Below are positions 1-9,291 of a DNA stretch of 64,000 bases, one piece after another. The stretch lies in the IMG/VR virus record IMGVR_UViG_3300048909_000109. One strand, written 5' to 3'. The notes under the pieces are model-generated. The model was not told the DNA's origin and made no database searches. It was given only the letters and a program-made list of their open reading frames with translations. The DNA is from a virus. The translations under genes were made by a program, and so were the position numbers. How positions within the stretch are numbered: the stretch's first letter is position 1; every line of letters begins with the position of its first letter.

Positions 1-2193
1 TACAATACGCAAGTAGGCGGCGCCGGTGACGCTGACCCGGCACTATGCGTCGAGGACCTGCTGACGTTGCCTATCGGCGGCGCAGGCTTCCCCAGCACGT
101 TGATCGATATGACTTCCTTGTTGTCAGGACCGGATGCGCCTACGACCGGCGACAGCGCGTTCCAGACATACTGCCAGGCGATGGGCTTCGGCCTGTCCCC
201 AGCGCTGACAACGCAGGAGCAGGCAATCGACGTTCTCGACAGGTGGGGCAAGATCTGCAACACCGCGGTTATCTGGAACGGTGCCTTGCTCAAGTTCGTT
301 CCTTACGCCCTCGAAACGATCACGGGCAATGGGGTCACCTACATTCCGCCTAATACGGTCAGTGCTCCGATCTACACGCTGACCGATGCGGACTATATCA
401 GCGGCGGCGGTGAAGACGGTGAAGGCGTCGATCCCATCATCATTACTCGCATCAACCCGACGGATCGCAAGAACCGTCTGCAGATGGAGATACTGAACCG
501 AGCCAAGGAATACAATGCAGTTCCTGTGGAATGGGTCGATCAGGCATTGGTCGATCAGTTCGGCTCGCGTCAGGACGCAGTCTTCAACGCTCATGAAGTT
601 TGCGACATGGCCATGGCGACAAGCATGGTCGCCCTCATGGGTCAGCGCAATGCCTATCGAGGCGGGAACACCTACAAGTTTACTGTGGGACCAGCGTTCT
701 CACTCGTAGAGCCAATGGACGTCTTGACTATCATCGATCCGGTGCTCGGCATCATCGATGTCCAAGTGGATCGCATCGAGGAAGACGATCAGAACAACTT
801 CGCTATGGAAGCAAGTCAGGTTCTTGTAGGATCCACAGACTCGAGCGGGTTCGGTGTTCCCGATCAGACTCCCACAGGGAATGATACGGGCGTCGCTTCA
901 GGTCCGGTCAATCCGCCGATCTTCATTGAGCCGACTTCGTTGCTCACCTCGGATGCTGAGGTTTGGGCTGCCGTGTCAGGTGGTGACGGAACGACAGCAA
1001 ATCCGAATTGGGGAGGATGCTTCGTTTGGGTTTCGCAGGACGGTGCGACCTACGCTGAGATTGGTGAGATTACCGAACCCGCCCGCATGGGTAAGACAAC
1101 GAGTGCACTCGCTGCATATGCCGGCGTCAATCCCGACACGGGGCACACTGTCGGTGTCGATCTATCAATGAGCTTGGGTGAGCTGATCAGCGTTGCAGCG
1201 GGTGACGCTGCGACCTATGCAACTCTCAGCTACATCGGCGGCGAGCTCATCTCCTATCAGGATGCACTCTTCACTTCGACCTCACACTATACACTGCAGA
1301 CGGCACTCTACCGTGCGCTGTATGGGACGACTGCGCCACTTCATGCTATCGGTTCCAGCTTTGCTCGACTGGATAATGCGATCTTCAAGTATGTCTTGCC
1401 GCCTCAATACATCAACAAGACGCTCTACTTTAAATTCCAGAGCTACAATATCTTTGGTGGAGCTGTAGAGGACCTATCGACCTGCACGGCCTATACCTAT
1501 ACTCCTTCGGGCTTAGGTTACGGTACCGGTCCAGGCGGTGTGCCGACTGCAACAGGAACGCCGAGTGCTTCAGCGGTGACAGGTTACAACCTCGTCACTT
1601 GGCCGCTGAACGTTACGCAAGACAATATCAAGCTTTACAAGGTCTACCGTGCAAACGGCCTGGGCGCATCCTTCGGTTCTGCGACGCAGATCGGAACAAC
1701 GACGGGCAACAGCTATACGGACTCGACTGCCGCAGCTGGTCAGCCTTATACCTACTTCATCGTAGCCAACAATACGATTGGTGACGCAACGGCAAGCACC
1801 GGTGTGAGCATCACCTCGGCTGCTGCCGCAACTGTGAAGTTTGGGTTCGCCTTCCAGCGTGACATCGCCAACATCACTGTCTCGACTCCGTTTGCCTATT
1901 TCGATACGCCGACGGGTATCAGTTGGAAACTACCTGCGGGTGCAGCTGACTGTCAAGGCAGCATTGGCGGCACAGGGTCTGCAGCACCATCAGCTCAGAC
2001 TGACTTCGACATTCAGTCACCGCCGGGAACATCAATCGGAACCATGCGCTTTGCCGCGGGCTCAGTCAATGCGACCTTTATCAAGGCTGCTGACACAACG
2101 ATCCCGGGTGGACAAAGTGTTCAACTTGTTGCACCAGCTAACTTGAACGGCATGGTCGGCACGATCTATGCCTCGATTGTAGGAACGAAGTAA
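1..2193 (+). CDS. Tail tip / host-specificity protein (5'-truncated), with FN3-like and C-terminal beta domains
   Basis: Frame open from base 1. Phage-tail_3-like central region, FN3-like segment (YKVYRA...YTYFIVANN); precedes tail fibre genes. Confidence 0.85.
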   Translation, partial: YNTQVGGAGDADPALCVEDLLTLPIGGAGFPSTLIDMTSLLSGPDAPTTGDSAFQTYCQAMGFGLSPALTTQEQAIDVLDRWGKICNTAVIWNGALLKFVPYALETITGNGVTYIPPNTVSAPIYTLTDADYISGGGEDGEGVDPIIITRINPTDRKNRLQMEILNRAKEYNAVPVEWVDQALVDQFGSRQDAVFNAHEVCDMAMATSMVALMGQRNAYRGGNTYKFTVGPAFSLVEPMDVLTIIDPVLGIIDVQVDRIEEDDQNNFAMEASQVLVGSTDSSGFGVPDQTPTGNDTGVASGPVNPPIFIEPTSLLTSDAEVWAAVSGGDGTTANPNWGGCFVWVSQDGATYAEIGEITEPARMGKTTSALAAYAGVNPDTGHTVGVDLSMSLGELISVAAGDAATYATLSYIGGELISYQDALFTSTSHYTLQTALYRALYGTTAPLHAIGSSFARLDNAIFKYVLPPQYINKTLYFKFQSYNIFGGAVEDLSTCTAYTYTPSGLGYGTGPGGVPTATGTPSASAVTGYNLVTWPLNVTQDNIKLYKVYRANGLGASFGSATQIGTTTGNSYTDSTAAAGQPYTYFIVANNTIGDATASTGVSITSAAAATVKFGFAFQRDIANITVSTPFAYFDTPTGISWKLPAGAADCQGSIGGTGSAAPSAQTDFDIQSPPGTSIGTMRFAAGSVNATFIKAADTTIPGGQSVQLVAPANLNGMVGTIYASIVGTK

Positions 2194-3764
2194 TGGCTCT
2201 TCCCGATTATGTCTTCACTGAGGGTTGGGACAAGTATGGCCCAGTCAACACCTCGATCTGGGACACTTACAACGTTGCTCTAACGGTCGACGAGTGGCGG
2301 TCAATCGGCGGCGGTGATACTCACTACATCGAAGTGCCGCTCAGCGGAACAGTCACCGGGCATGGTTCCTATCGTCAGAAGGCGTCGAACTCAGGCAACT
2401 CACCGGCACAGGATCTTAAGTCACTTCCGGCCAACTATGCTCGAGTTGTTGGAGGCTTCACCTTCAAGGCAGTTGACTCCTTCAGTCAGAACGGACTTAC
2501 GTTCGTGGACGTTGCTGCCGGCGTCAATCAGCTAACGATCCAGCTCAACATGAGCTCAGGCCATATCGAAATCCGCCGCGGTTGGCGCGGAGGAACGCTC
2601 ATGGCAACATCGCTAGAGAGTTGGTCAGTCAACACTGTCCATGTTCTCGAGTATGACATCACTTTCCATGCCTCAGCCGGGATCGTGAAGATCTGGCTGG
2701 ATGGTGTTGCGACTTCGATCAACCTCACAGGTCAGAACACAATTAGCAACGCCAATCCATACTTCAACGGTATTGACCTCGGCACAATCAACTCTAATAA
2801 CCATGCGGCACAATGGGACCATTTCTATCTGTGGGCCTTCACTGCATCTGGCGGCAGCGAGACTCCCTGTCTGGATAACCCGATCATCGAGACAGCTTCA
2901 GCAAGTGGTGACAATGCCGTTGCTTGGACGATCAACGGTCATGCGTTCTTGTCGCCCAACTACTATTGGGGTCGCTTCCTGTCATCGATCAGTCCGGGCG
3001 GTAACATCGTCTACCTTGTGAAGTGCGTTGCTGATGCAGCCGGCACAATCTCCGCCGTCAACATCATGAGGCCGAATACCACATCCGCGATTGCGAAGCA
3101 TAAGGCCGTCATCTACGCTGACAGCTCAGGATCCCCGGCGGCACTGCTAGCGACCGGTACTGAGGTTGTCGGCGTTACGGCTCAGACTCCTCTAACTCTA
3201 CCGATCACGCTTGCCGGCGTGACTGCAGGTCAGACTCTTTGGGTCGGGTGGATCACCGACACCTCAATCAACTACGTAGGTAACGATGACGGCGGCATCT
3301 GCTGGAGGAAGGCGAACACCTACACCTCAGGTCCGCCCTCACCTGCAGATAGCGGCTTTACGACCAACAGCACGAATGTTGGCTTGATGATCCAGATGAC
3401 TGGTGTAACAACCCACTGGACACAAGAAAGCAATCAGCCTTCTCCACAGAACAACGGCTACAACGTTTCGGGCACTGTTGGTCAGCAAGATATCTACACG
3501 TTCCCGCCGCTCGTCAATACCCCGACCGCGATCCATAGTGTATCGGTCAAGGGGAATGTTGCCAAGTCGGACTCCGGTCTGCGGACGATCAAGTTCCTGT
3601 GCAAGTCAGGAGCTGTTGTCAACTACGGTCAAAACATCAACATCGCTCCTCCGACTTCTTGGGGTATGGAGGGAAGTTTCTGGTCTGTCGATCCGAACAC
3701 CAGTGCTGCATGGGCAGCCGCGGCGCTGAACGCTGCGAAGTTCGGGCTCGAGATTACTTCATAG
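2193..3764 (+). CDS. Virion structural protein, LamG/lectin-like; paralog of 61490-62578 with an insertion
   Basis: 523 aa, TAATG coupling; shares EGWDKY/DGWDYY and DPNTSAAWAAAALNA/NPNTGVGWTAAELNA with 61490-62578. Confidence 0.75.
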   Translation: MALPDYVFTEGWDKYGPVNTSIWDTYNVALTVDEWRSIGGGDTHYIEVPLSGTVTGHGSYRQKASNSGNSPAQDLKSLPANYARVVGGFTFKAVDSFSQNGLTFVDVAAGVNQLTIQLNMSSGHIEIRRGWRGGTLMATSLESWSVNTVHVLEYDITFHASAGIVKIWLDGVATSINLTGQNTISNANPYFNGIDLGTINSNNHAAQWDHFYLWAFTASGGSETPCLDNPIIETASASGDNAVAWTINGHAFLSPNYYWGRFLSSISPGGNIVYLVKCVADAAGTISAVNIMRPNTTSAIAKHKAVIYADSSGSPAALLATGTEVVGVTAQTPLTLPITLAGVTAGQTLWVGWITDTSINYVGNDDGGICWRKANTYTSGPPSPADSGFTTNSTNVGLMIQMTGVTTHWTQESNQPSPQNNGYNVSGTVGQQDIYTFPPLVNTPTAIHSVSVKGNVAKSDSGLRTIKFLCKSGAVVNYGQNINIAPPTSWGMEGSFWSVDPNTSAAWAAAALNAAKFGLEITS

Positions 3765-3774
3765 GAAGAGCTGT

Positions 3775-4227
3775 ATGGCTTCGGGACCCTGGACTTGGCT
3801 TAACAAGGCCCTTGCAAAACCCTTCGACGGAACTGTAGACCTGGACAGCCATGCCTTCAAGTGCGTGTTGCTCGGTTCTGCGCAGGTTCTGGACGCAACC
3901 TTCGTCGGTGCATCGGGCAACGCTCAGTACTCGGACCTCACTGCTGAGCTTGCAACCGCAAACGGCTATACCAACGGCGGACTTGCACTTGCCGGTATCT
4001 CGATCACCTCACCGACCGCCAGTAGCAAGTCATGGAACGCGACTGACCTTTCCTGGACGCTGACAGGTGGTATCACGATCAAATATGCGGCAATCTTCGA
4101 CAACACCTTGGCCAACAAGGATCTGCTTTGTTTCTGTGACTTCAATCCGGGCGGCGCCGCTGTGGTAGCTTCGATCAGCCCACTCGTGATCGTCACTTCT
4201 CAAGGCATTCTTCAGTGGCATACGTAA
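3775..4227 (+). CDS. Minor tail/virion protein
   Basis: 150 aa; [12 protein letters not shown]...[12 protein letters not shown] pattern typical of phage minor tail proteins; AGGAAG RBS. Confidence 0.7.
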   Translation: MASGPWTWLNKALAKPFDGTVDLDSHAFKCVLLGSAQVLDATFVGASGNAQYSDLTAELATANGYTNGGLALAGISITSPTASSKSWNATDLSWTLTGGITIKYAAIFDNTLANKDLLCFCDFNPGGAAVVASISPLVIVTSQGILQWHT

Positions 4228-4237
4228 GGAAGTAAAG

Positions 4238-5140
4238 ATGGGACTTCTTCTTAATCGAGTCAAGGCGAACACCGCGACCACAGGAACGGGCGCAGTCACG
4301 GTCGGCGCTGCTGTTGCTCCCTATCAATCCTGGAGCGCTGGCGGTGCAGTCTCCGGCATGTACTACGACTACCTGATCGAGGACGGCGCATCATGGGAGC
4401 TAGGCGTCGGGCTATACAACGGCACAACGCTCACTAGGCCAGGACCAGGCGTCGATCCGTGGTTCGCATCATCGAGCGGTGCCCTGCTCAACCTCAGCGG
4501 CTCTGCGACCATCGCATGTGTGCCGAATAAGACGACATTGGTCCAAGGCCTATTCATGCCTCCGCCTGCCTCGACGTTCACGCTTGAGAGCGGTGATGCT
4601 ACTCAGCTCGTAGTCGCAGATGACGCCGACGTTGGTTTGACGGTCAACGGTAACACACTCGTTGCGGGTCCGGTGCACCGTATCGCCTACCGCACACTCA
4701 CAACTCCCTCAGGTAACTGGGCGCTTGTTGCTCGCATGGTTGGCCACGTGAACGCTCAGAACTATCGCGGCTTCGGACTCTATGCTCATGACAGTGTAGG
4801 CGGTAGGCTCATCGGCATCAACAGCGAGTTCTCCGATCAAGCTGCGGTCATCCGCTGTGAGCATTATGCAGCCTTGAATGGTGCAAACACCGACTTCCTA
4901 GCCGCACAGCCAAGTCGATCATTCCATGATTGGGTAAAACTCGAGAAGAGCGGAACCAACATCACCTACTCGACATCGAGCGACGGCAAGGTCTGGAACG
5001 ATTGGGCAACGGAGTCTGCCACGGTCTGGATGGCAAACAACCCGAACCGCGTCGGTATCGGCGTATGGGTCCTGTCGGGCGTAACGTGGCCAACCAAATT
5101 CTCTGTTCCTTATTTCTCGCTGACGGGGACCGCTGTCTAG
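4238..5140 (+). CDS. Tail fibre / receptor-binding protein
   Basis: N-terminal anchor [13 protein letters not shown]...[14 protein letters not shown] typical of fibre proteins; C-terminal ConA-like beta sandwich. Confidence 0.75.
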   Translation: MGLLLNRVKANTATTGTGAVTVGAAVAPYQSWSAGGAVSGMYYDYLIEDGASWELGVGLYNGTTLTRPGPGVDPWFASSSGALLNLSGSATIACVPNKTTLVQGLFMPPPASTFTLESGDATQLVVADDADVGLTVNGNTLVAGPVHRIAYRTLTTPSGNWALVARMVGHVNAQNYRGFGLYAHDSVGGRLIGINSEFSDQAAVIRCEHYAALNGANTDFLAAQPSRSFHDWVKLEKSGTNITYSTSSDGKVWNDWATESATVWMANNPNRVGIGVWVLSGVTWPTKFSVPYFSLTGTAV

Positions 5141-5141
5141 T

Positions 5142-5468
5142 ATGGCTGGTTTCGATCCTGTTGGCTCACAGCCCGTTGATGCACTCAGTGCACCACTGGT
5201 AGGAACATACTTCCTTCCAGCGCCAGCGATCATCTTCTTAAGCGGCGCTGCTACGGGAGCTAATGTCAGCGGGATCAAGACAGCGGGTCTACAGCGCGAA
5301 GCACTGTTGGCCACTCAGGGAACAATTCGATCTGCGGGTCTTCAACGTGAGGCCCTACTCGCTAAACAAGGCTTCATCTTCTCAGCCGGATTGGTTCGTG
5401 AAGTCTTGCGTTCAGGAAACTCGGGACCAACCGGTGACAACTGCTCAGTGTGCATCATCTGGGGATAG
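5142..5468 (+). CDS. Small virion protein with three AGL(Q/V)RE(A/V)L repeats
   Basis: 108 aa ORF between fibre and endolysin; internal repeats visible in protein. Confidence 0.6.
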   Translation: MAGFDPVGSQPVDALSAPLVGTYFLPAPAIIFLSGAATGANVSGIKTAGLQREALLATQGTIRSAGLQREALLAKQGFIFSAGLVREVLRSGNSGPTGDNCSVCIIWG

Positions 5469-5476
5469 GAGAAATT

Positions 5477-5980
5477 ATGGGACACGTTTGGGGTAAAGGA
5501 TCGTTGGCTCGCATGGAAGGTTTGCATCCTGACTTGGTCAAGGTGCTGAACCGCTACATCGAAGTCTCGCATATCGACAGCACGATCATCGAGGGCGTTC
5601 GCTCGGATGAGCAGTGCTACATCAACTTCGGCAAAGGACGCACCGCAGCTCAGTGCACCGCTGTGGGATGTCCGGCACAATATGCTCAGCCGCATATGCC
5701 GAAGGTGACTTGGGTCGGTCATCCCTTGTCATCGAACCACAGGAAGAAAGCTGACGGCTACGGTTATGCGGTCGATATGTATCCGTATCCCGTCAGTCTC
5801 GTGCTCGCCGGCAAGCCGAAGGATTGGCAGCCTCTGTTCGACCAGATGGCGAAGGATATGAAGCAGGCAGCTGCGGACGTCGGCGTTCATATCCGTTGGG
5901 GTGCTGACTGGGACGGCGACCGGATTGCTCGTGAGCACGGCGAAACTGACAACCCGCATTTCGAGCTTGTGAAAGGATAG
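5477..5980 (+). CDS. Endolysin, M15 family L-Ala-D-Glu peptidase
   Basis: Motifs EGVRS, SNH...AVD, WGADW, DNPHFEL; AGGAGA RBS before ATG 5477. Confidence 0.9.
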   Translation: MGHVWGKGSLARMEGLHPDLVKVLNRYIEVSHIDSTIIEGVRSDEQCYINFGKGRTAAQCTAVGCPAQYAQPHMPKVTWVGHPLSSNHRKKADGYGYAVDMYPYPVSLVLAGKPKDWQPLFDQMAKDMKQAAADVGVHIRWGADWDGDRIAREHGETDNPHFELVKG

Positions 5981-5985
5981 CGTCT

Positions 5986-6273
5986 ATGACTAAGCTTATC
6001 GACATTTTCAAGAGCGGAACTGGTCAGTATGACAGTGCCCGCATCCTCTTTGTGATAGGAGGTCTAAACGGGATTATCACTCCCGTGGCCTTTCAAGCTT
6101 GGGCTATGTGGCGAGGTCAAGCTTGGGATGCTACCGCTTATTGCTTGGCTTATGGAGGAATGCTGTCTGCTGTCCTTTCTCTTGGCGGTCTCGGGATCGC
6201 GACCAAGGACAAGGGAGTAGCCAGCGCAAAGAACACCACGCCGCCGAGTGATCCTCCGGGCGGTCAGCCCTGA
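5986..6273 (+). CDS. Putative holin (2 TM)
   Basis: 95 aa, two hydrophobic helices, charged C-terminus, directly after endolysin. Confidence 0.6.
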   Translation: MTKLIDIFKSGTGQYDSARILFVIGGLNGIITPVAFQAWAMWRGQAWDATAYCLAYGGMLSAVLSLGGLGIATKDKGVASAKNTTPPSDPPGGQP

Positions 6274-6935
6274 TGGAAACGATGATGTCCAGGCATCAGA
6301 GTACGAGAACCGCCTAGCAATAGGTGGCCAGTGGGGCCCGGGTTGACTTGTCCCTCCGATCCGGGTCCCACGTCGTAGTCGTAAGTGTTGAGGACCTTTT
6401 CCATTTCTACGGAGAGCTGCATAGCGTCGTCGTTCATCCGCAGCTCATACTCCCACTTCTCTTTCTGGTCCCTCAGCGCATCGCCGACAGGATCATACCC
6501 CTCTCGAGGCTTGAACCGACGCAGCATAGTGTTGGTGCGCCTCAGTCGACGTTCGAGCTTGCGCCGATCATTCCGGATCGCTTGACGAGAAGCCTTGAGG
6601 CTGAGGATCATCTTGTCCTTGATGTTCTCTCCCTCGGGGTTATCCGTTGACCCGTCAGGACGCTCAGCCTCGACGACTGTCTTAATCATTTCCTTCAGGA
6701 ACAGTTCGATCCGCTCCGGGGTGATCCGATCCTCGTCGGTCCTGCCTGTGGTGTCATAACGCTTCCGGCGTTCCGGATTGATGAGGACATCATGGGCAAG
6801 CTTAATCTGCTCGAACTTGTCTCGATCACCACCATCACTGTCGGGATGATGCTTCGCGGACAGTTTACGGTATGCCTTGCGGATTTCCGTATTCGAAGCT
6901 TGAACAGAAACGCCGAGGATCTGATACAGGTTCAT
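6264..6935 (-). CDS. J-domain (DnaJ-like) co-chaperone
   Basis: LYQILGV...IRKAYRKLSAKHHPD...YD J-domain with HPD motif, then coiled coil. Confidence 0.9.
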   Translation of the reverse strand: MNLYQILGVSVQASNTEIRKAYRKLSAKHHPDSDGGDRDKFEQIKLAHDVLINPERRKRYDTTGRTDEDRITPERIELFLKEMIKTVVEAERPDGSTDNPEGENIKDKMILSLKASRQAIRNDRRKLERRLRRTNTMLRRFKPREGYDPVGDALRDQKEKWEYELRMNDDAMQLSVEMEKVLNTYDYDVGPGSEGQVNPGPTGHLLLGGSRTLMPGHHRFHQG

Positions 6936-7270
6936 TGGTCAGTAAACCCCTGAGCTTGATTGAAGGCCTTCACTCGGGCCCTGGTATCATCAATCGACTT
7001 CCAGGTTGCAGCGAGCTTGGCGCGGCAGTCATCCCCGACTTCGAATGAGTCTGAAATGAGCTGAGCAATATCCTTGTCGGATTTGACCGGCCGTCGTTCA
7101 AGACGAGCCAGACATTCGCGGAGCGAGGGATCAGGCTCTGCAAAGACCAACTTAGTCTTAACGACGACATCACTTATGGTCTTTGGGTGCTGGTCCCCAC
7201 AGGCGGTCAAGGGTGTCAGTGATGACAGGAGACACAGGAGCTGTAGAGGGCGGAGCAGTCTGGATTGCAT
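6932..7270 (-). CDS. o-spanin (Rz1-like lipoprotein)
   Basis: Signal peptide with lipobox LTAC from ATG 7270; overlaps 3' end of i-spanin gene. Confidence 0.75.
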   Translation of the reverse strand: MQSRLLRPLQLLCLLSSLTPLTACGDQHPKTISDVVVKTKLVFAEPDPSLRECLARLERRPVKSDKDIAQLISDSFEVGDDCRAKLAATWKSIDDTRARVKAFNQAQGFTDQ

Positions 7271-7619
7271 GGGAGATTTCCTTATACTGGGCCGTGCGCT
7301 GTTGGGACGCATGGCGTTCTTCGGTTGCGATGTTCTGGTTCGAGCTATGGATTTCGTTCTCGGTTGTCCGAGTCTTCTCGTTATCCGCGTTTGTCTGGAT
7401 CAGCTGTTTCTTCTGTTCTTCCAGGGTCGCCTTGTCACGCAGCAGCTGAGCGTTCTGCGTCTCGAGGTCCTTGATATGCTGGAAGTGTTGGTTGATGAAA
7501 CGAACGGCGAAGAAGATCCCGATGCCGACAAGGATGCCGAGGATCGCAAGTAGGATCATCTTGACGGTGATCGGCTTGCCGAAGGCCGAGAAGGCAACTT
7601 TCGCTAACAGTCCACCCAT
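7170..7619 (-). CDS. i-spanin (Rz-like)
   Basis: Single N-terminal TM, long coiled coil, Pro-rich C-terminus. Confidence 0.75.
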   Translation of the reverse strand: MGGLLAKVAFSAFGKPITVKMILLAILGILVGIGIFFAVRFINQHFQHIKDLETQNAQLLRDKATLEEQKKQLIQTNADNEKTRTTENEIHSSNQNIATEERHASQQRTAQYKEISHAIQTAPPSTAPVSPVITDTLDRLWGPAPKDHK

Positions 7620-8023
7620 TACTTGTCTCCTTCATAGAGTTCATTGACCCACTTGACCAACTGTGGGTTCGCACGGTAGCCGGCATGCCATACCGTATCG
7701 ATCTTCACTCCAGGAGGACAGGTGCCTTTGGCTTTGAGTTCCTTGAGGATCGAGCGGAGTCGTGAGATGCGGACATCGAAGATCTTGGGCTCGGGACCAC
7801 CATCAACCTGATCGCCATACATCAAGATATGGAAGGTCTGTCGGCTAATGACTGCGGGAGCACGTTTGACGAGGAGGTAGAGCATGGTGGCGAGGGTCTT
7901 CGTCATGCCATGCCTCAAAGCCATTAACGCGCCCAGCTCCTTGTCAGAGCCAGTCAAGGCTTCGAGTTGTTGCTTGAGGAGTTCTACCTGATCCTCAAGC
8001 TGTTCACGCGATAACTCGTCCAT
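7619..8023 (-). CDS. OmpR/CtrA-type winged-helix DNA-binding protein lacking a receiver domain
   Basis: GGPEPKIFDVRISRLR...IDTVWHAGYR resembles the CtrA C-terminus; N-terminal heptad repeat. Confidence 0.8.
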   Translation of the reverse strand: MDELSREQLEDQVELLKQQLEALTGSDKELGALMALRHGMTKTLATMLYLLVKRAPAVISRQTFHILMYGDQVDGGPEPKIFDVRISRLRSILKELKAKGTCPPGVKIDTVWHAGYRANPQLVKWVNELYEGDK

Positions 8024-8058
8024 CGTACCATCACCACCCCAGCCAGATTGATGGTGCT

Positions 8059-8087
8059 ATTTTACTTCCTGGCAACCTTTTGGTCAA
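8059..8087 (-). promoter_or_regulatory. Sigma70-type promoter for wHTH-spanin-J-domain unit
   Basis: TTGACC-17-TAAAAT on minus strand. Confidence 0.65.
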
Positions 8088-8179
8088 CGGGCAGCTTAAT
8101 CGCCTTCGTGATCGACGATAAATGGCACGATCAGCGAGCGTCAGCGCGCAGCGCAGGCGACATCGCTAGGCGTTGTGCG

Positions 8180-8512
8180 TCATGACACGCGATCGACTAG
8201 CGTGATGCGACCTCGGCGATATATTCTGAGGCCACCATTGGCTCGTCCTATGCGCCCTTCGATGGGCACTCCCTTGCGACGCACCATATAGCAGGTGGCA
8301 TGTATCACTTTGAGCCAGGTATCGGGTATGCGGCTATTGCCCCACATTTCTTCGATCAGGTCTTCAGCCCGGGTCCAGTGTTCGGGATGACGACGAAGTA
8401 GTGCCACAACGAGTTTATGCTCTTGGTCAGACAGCTGTATCCTTCGAACGCCTACCCTTACTTCACGCCGATGGTACTCGGGTATAGACATGGATACGGG
8501 AGCAAACATCAA
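8180..8512 (-). CDS. Second Trans_reg_C-like winged-helix protein
   Basis: IQLSDQEHKLVVALL...EDLIEEMWG pattern of OmpR-type effector domains. Confidence 0.6.
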   Translation of the reverse strand: MMFAPVSMSIPEYHRREVRVGVRRIQLSDQEHKLVVALLRRHPEHWTRAEDLIEEMWGNSRIPDTWLKVIHATCYMVRRKGVPIEGRIGRANGGLRIYRRGRITLVDRVS

Positions 8513-8832
8513 GTCTCATCCCATGGTGGGATTGGTACAGTCTGACCCGCGAGGCGATGAGTGCAGTCATTGAGGAACTGGATCTTCCCGTCGGTAACAA
8601 AGCTGTGGCATACTCCAACTACCAGAGTATAAGCTTTCTCTGCTTCGTTCCATCTTTTGTAGGTAACTACGATGGACGGACGAAAGGTTGGCGCATAGGC
8701 ATTTCCGTTGTAGGTCCAGCGATGACCTTGACCAGATCCCACAGGAACGCCATGTGCTCCGTCACATCCCGGACACCAAAAGATGAGCAGTCCGTCAGAC
8801 GCCTGTCGAAGGATTGGTGATATGAGACCCAT
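8509..8832 (-). CDS. DUF6527-like Cys/His-rich protein
   Basis: FWCPGCDGAH, WTYNGN...PTFRPSI, CHSFVTDGKIQFLNDCTH. Confidence 0.6.
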   Translation of the reverse strand: MGLISPILRQASDGLLIFWCPGCDGAHGVPVGSGQGHRWTYNGNAYAPTFRPSIVVTYKRWNEAEKAYTLVVGVCHSFVTDGKIQFLNDCTHRLAGQTVPIPPWDET

Positions 8833-8862
8833 GCTCGATCATAAGCCGAGCCAGCTTAAGAG

Positions 8863-8901
8863 AAAAAGAAAAGGGCCCGCCGAGTTAACGACGGACCCTT
8901 T
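8863..8901 (-). terminator. Intrinsic terminator
   Basis: GC stem with G-U pairs followed by TTTTCTTTTT on minus strand. Confidence 0.7.
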
Positions 8902-8924
8902 GATGTTAGGCCGAGGCCGAAAGC

Positions 8925-9263
8925 TTATTCGTCGTCGTCGTCCGACTTCGAGCGCTTCGACTTCTTGGACGACTTGTCGGCCTTCTTGTCCTTTTTCGAG
9001 GACTTCTTGGCCGGCTTGTCATCGTCGTCGCCGCCGCTACGGATCTGATCGATCACCTCGCGCAGATCGGACTTCGAGTTCCAGCCGTAAGACTTGCCGG
9101 CCTTCTCGATCCCCTTGTTGCGAAGCTGGACGCGCACCGAAGCCGGCTTGATGCCAAGCTCCTCGGCGATGTCCTCGACGCCGAACTTGAACTCGCGCTC
9201 TTCGCTGCGGGTTTCCTTCTCGGCTTTGTCGGCCTTTTTGTTCTTGCCTTTGTCTTTCGCCAT
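8925..9263 (-). CDS. Lys/Asp-rich HTH DNA-binding protein (HTH-Trp family member)
   Basis: EDIAEELGIKPASVRVQLR...YGW; GAGG RBS; upstream TTGACA-18-TAAAAC. Confidence 0.7.
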   Translation of the reverse strand: MAKDKGKNKKADKAEKETRSEEREFKFGVEDIAEELGIKPASVRVQLRNKGIEKAGKSYGWNSKSDLREVIDQIRSGGDDDDKPAKKSSKKDKKADKSSKKSKRSKSDDDDE

Positions 9264-9291
9264 TGTGTCCCTCGTGGGCTTGAGTAGTGCA

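Noticed and set aside
2193-3764. Diversity-generating retroelement acting on tail paralogs
   Set aside because: No reverse transcriptase; the paralogs are divergent at DNA level rather than differing at adenines
8084-8099. TTAA near the -35 of the CtrA-like gene promoter as an autoregulatory CtrA box
   Set aside because: Half-site spacing is 8 nt, not 7, and the second half is TTGA
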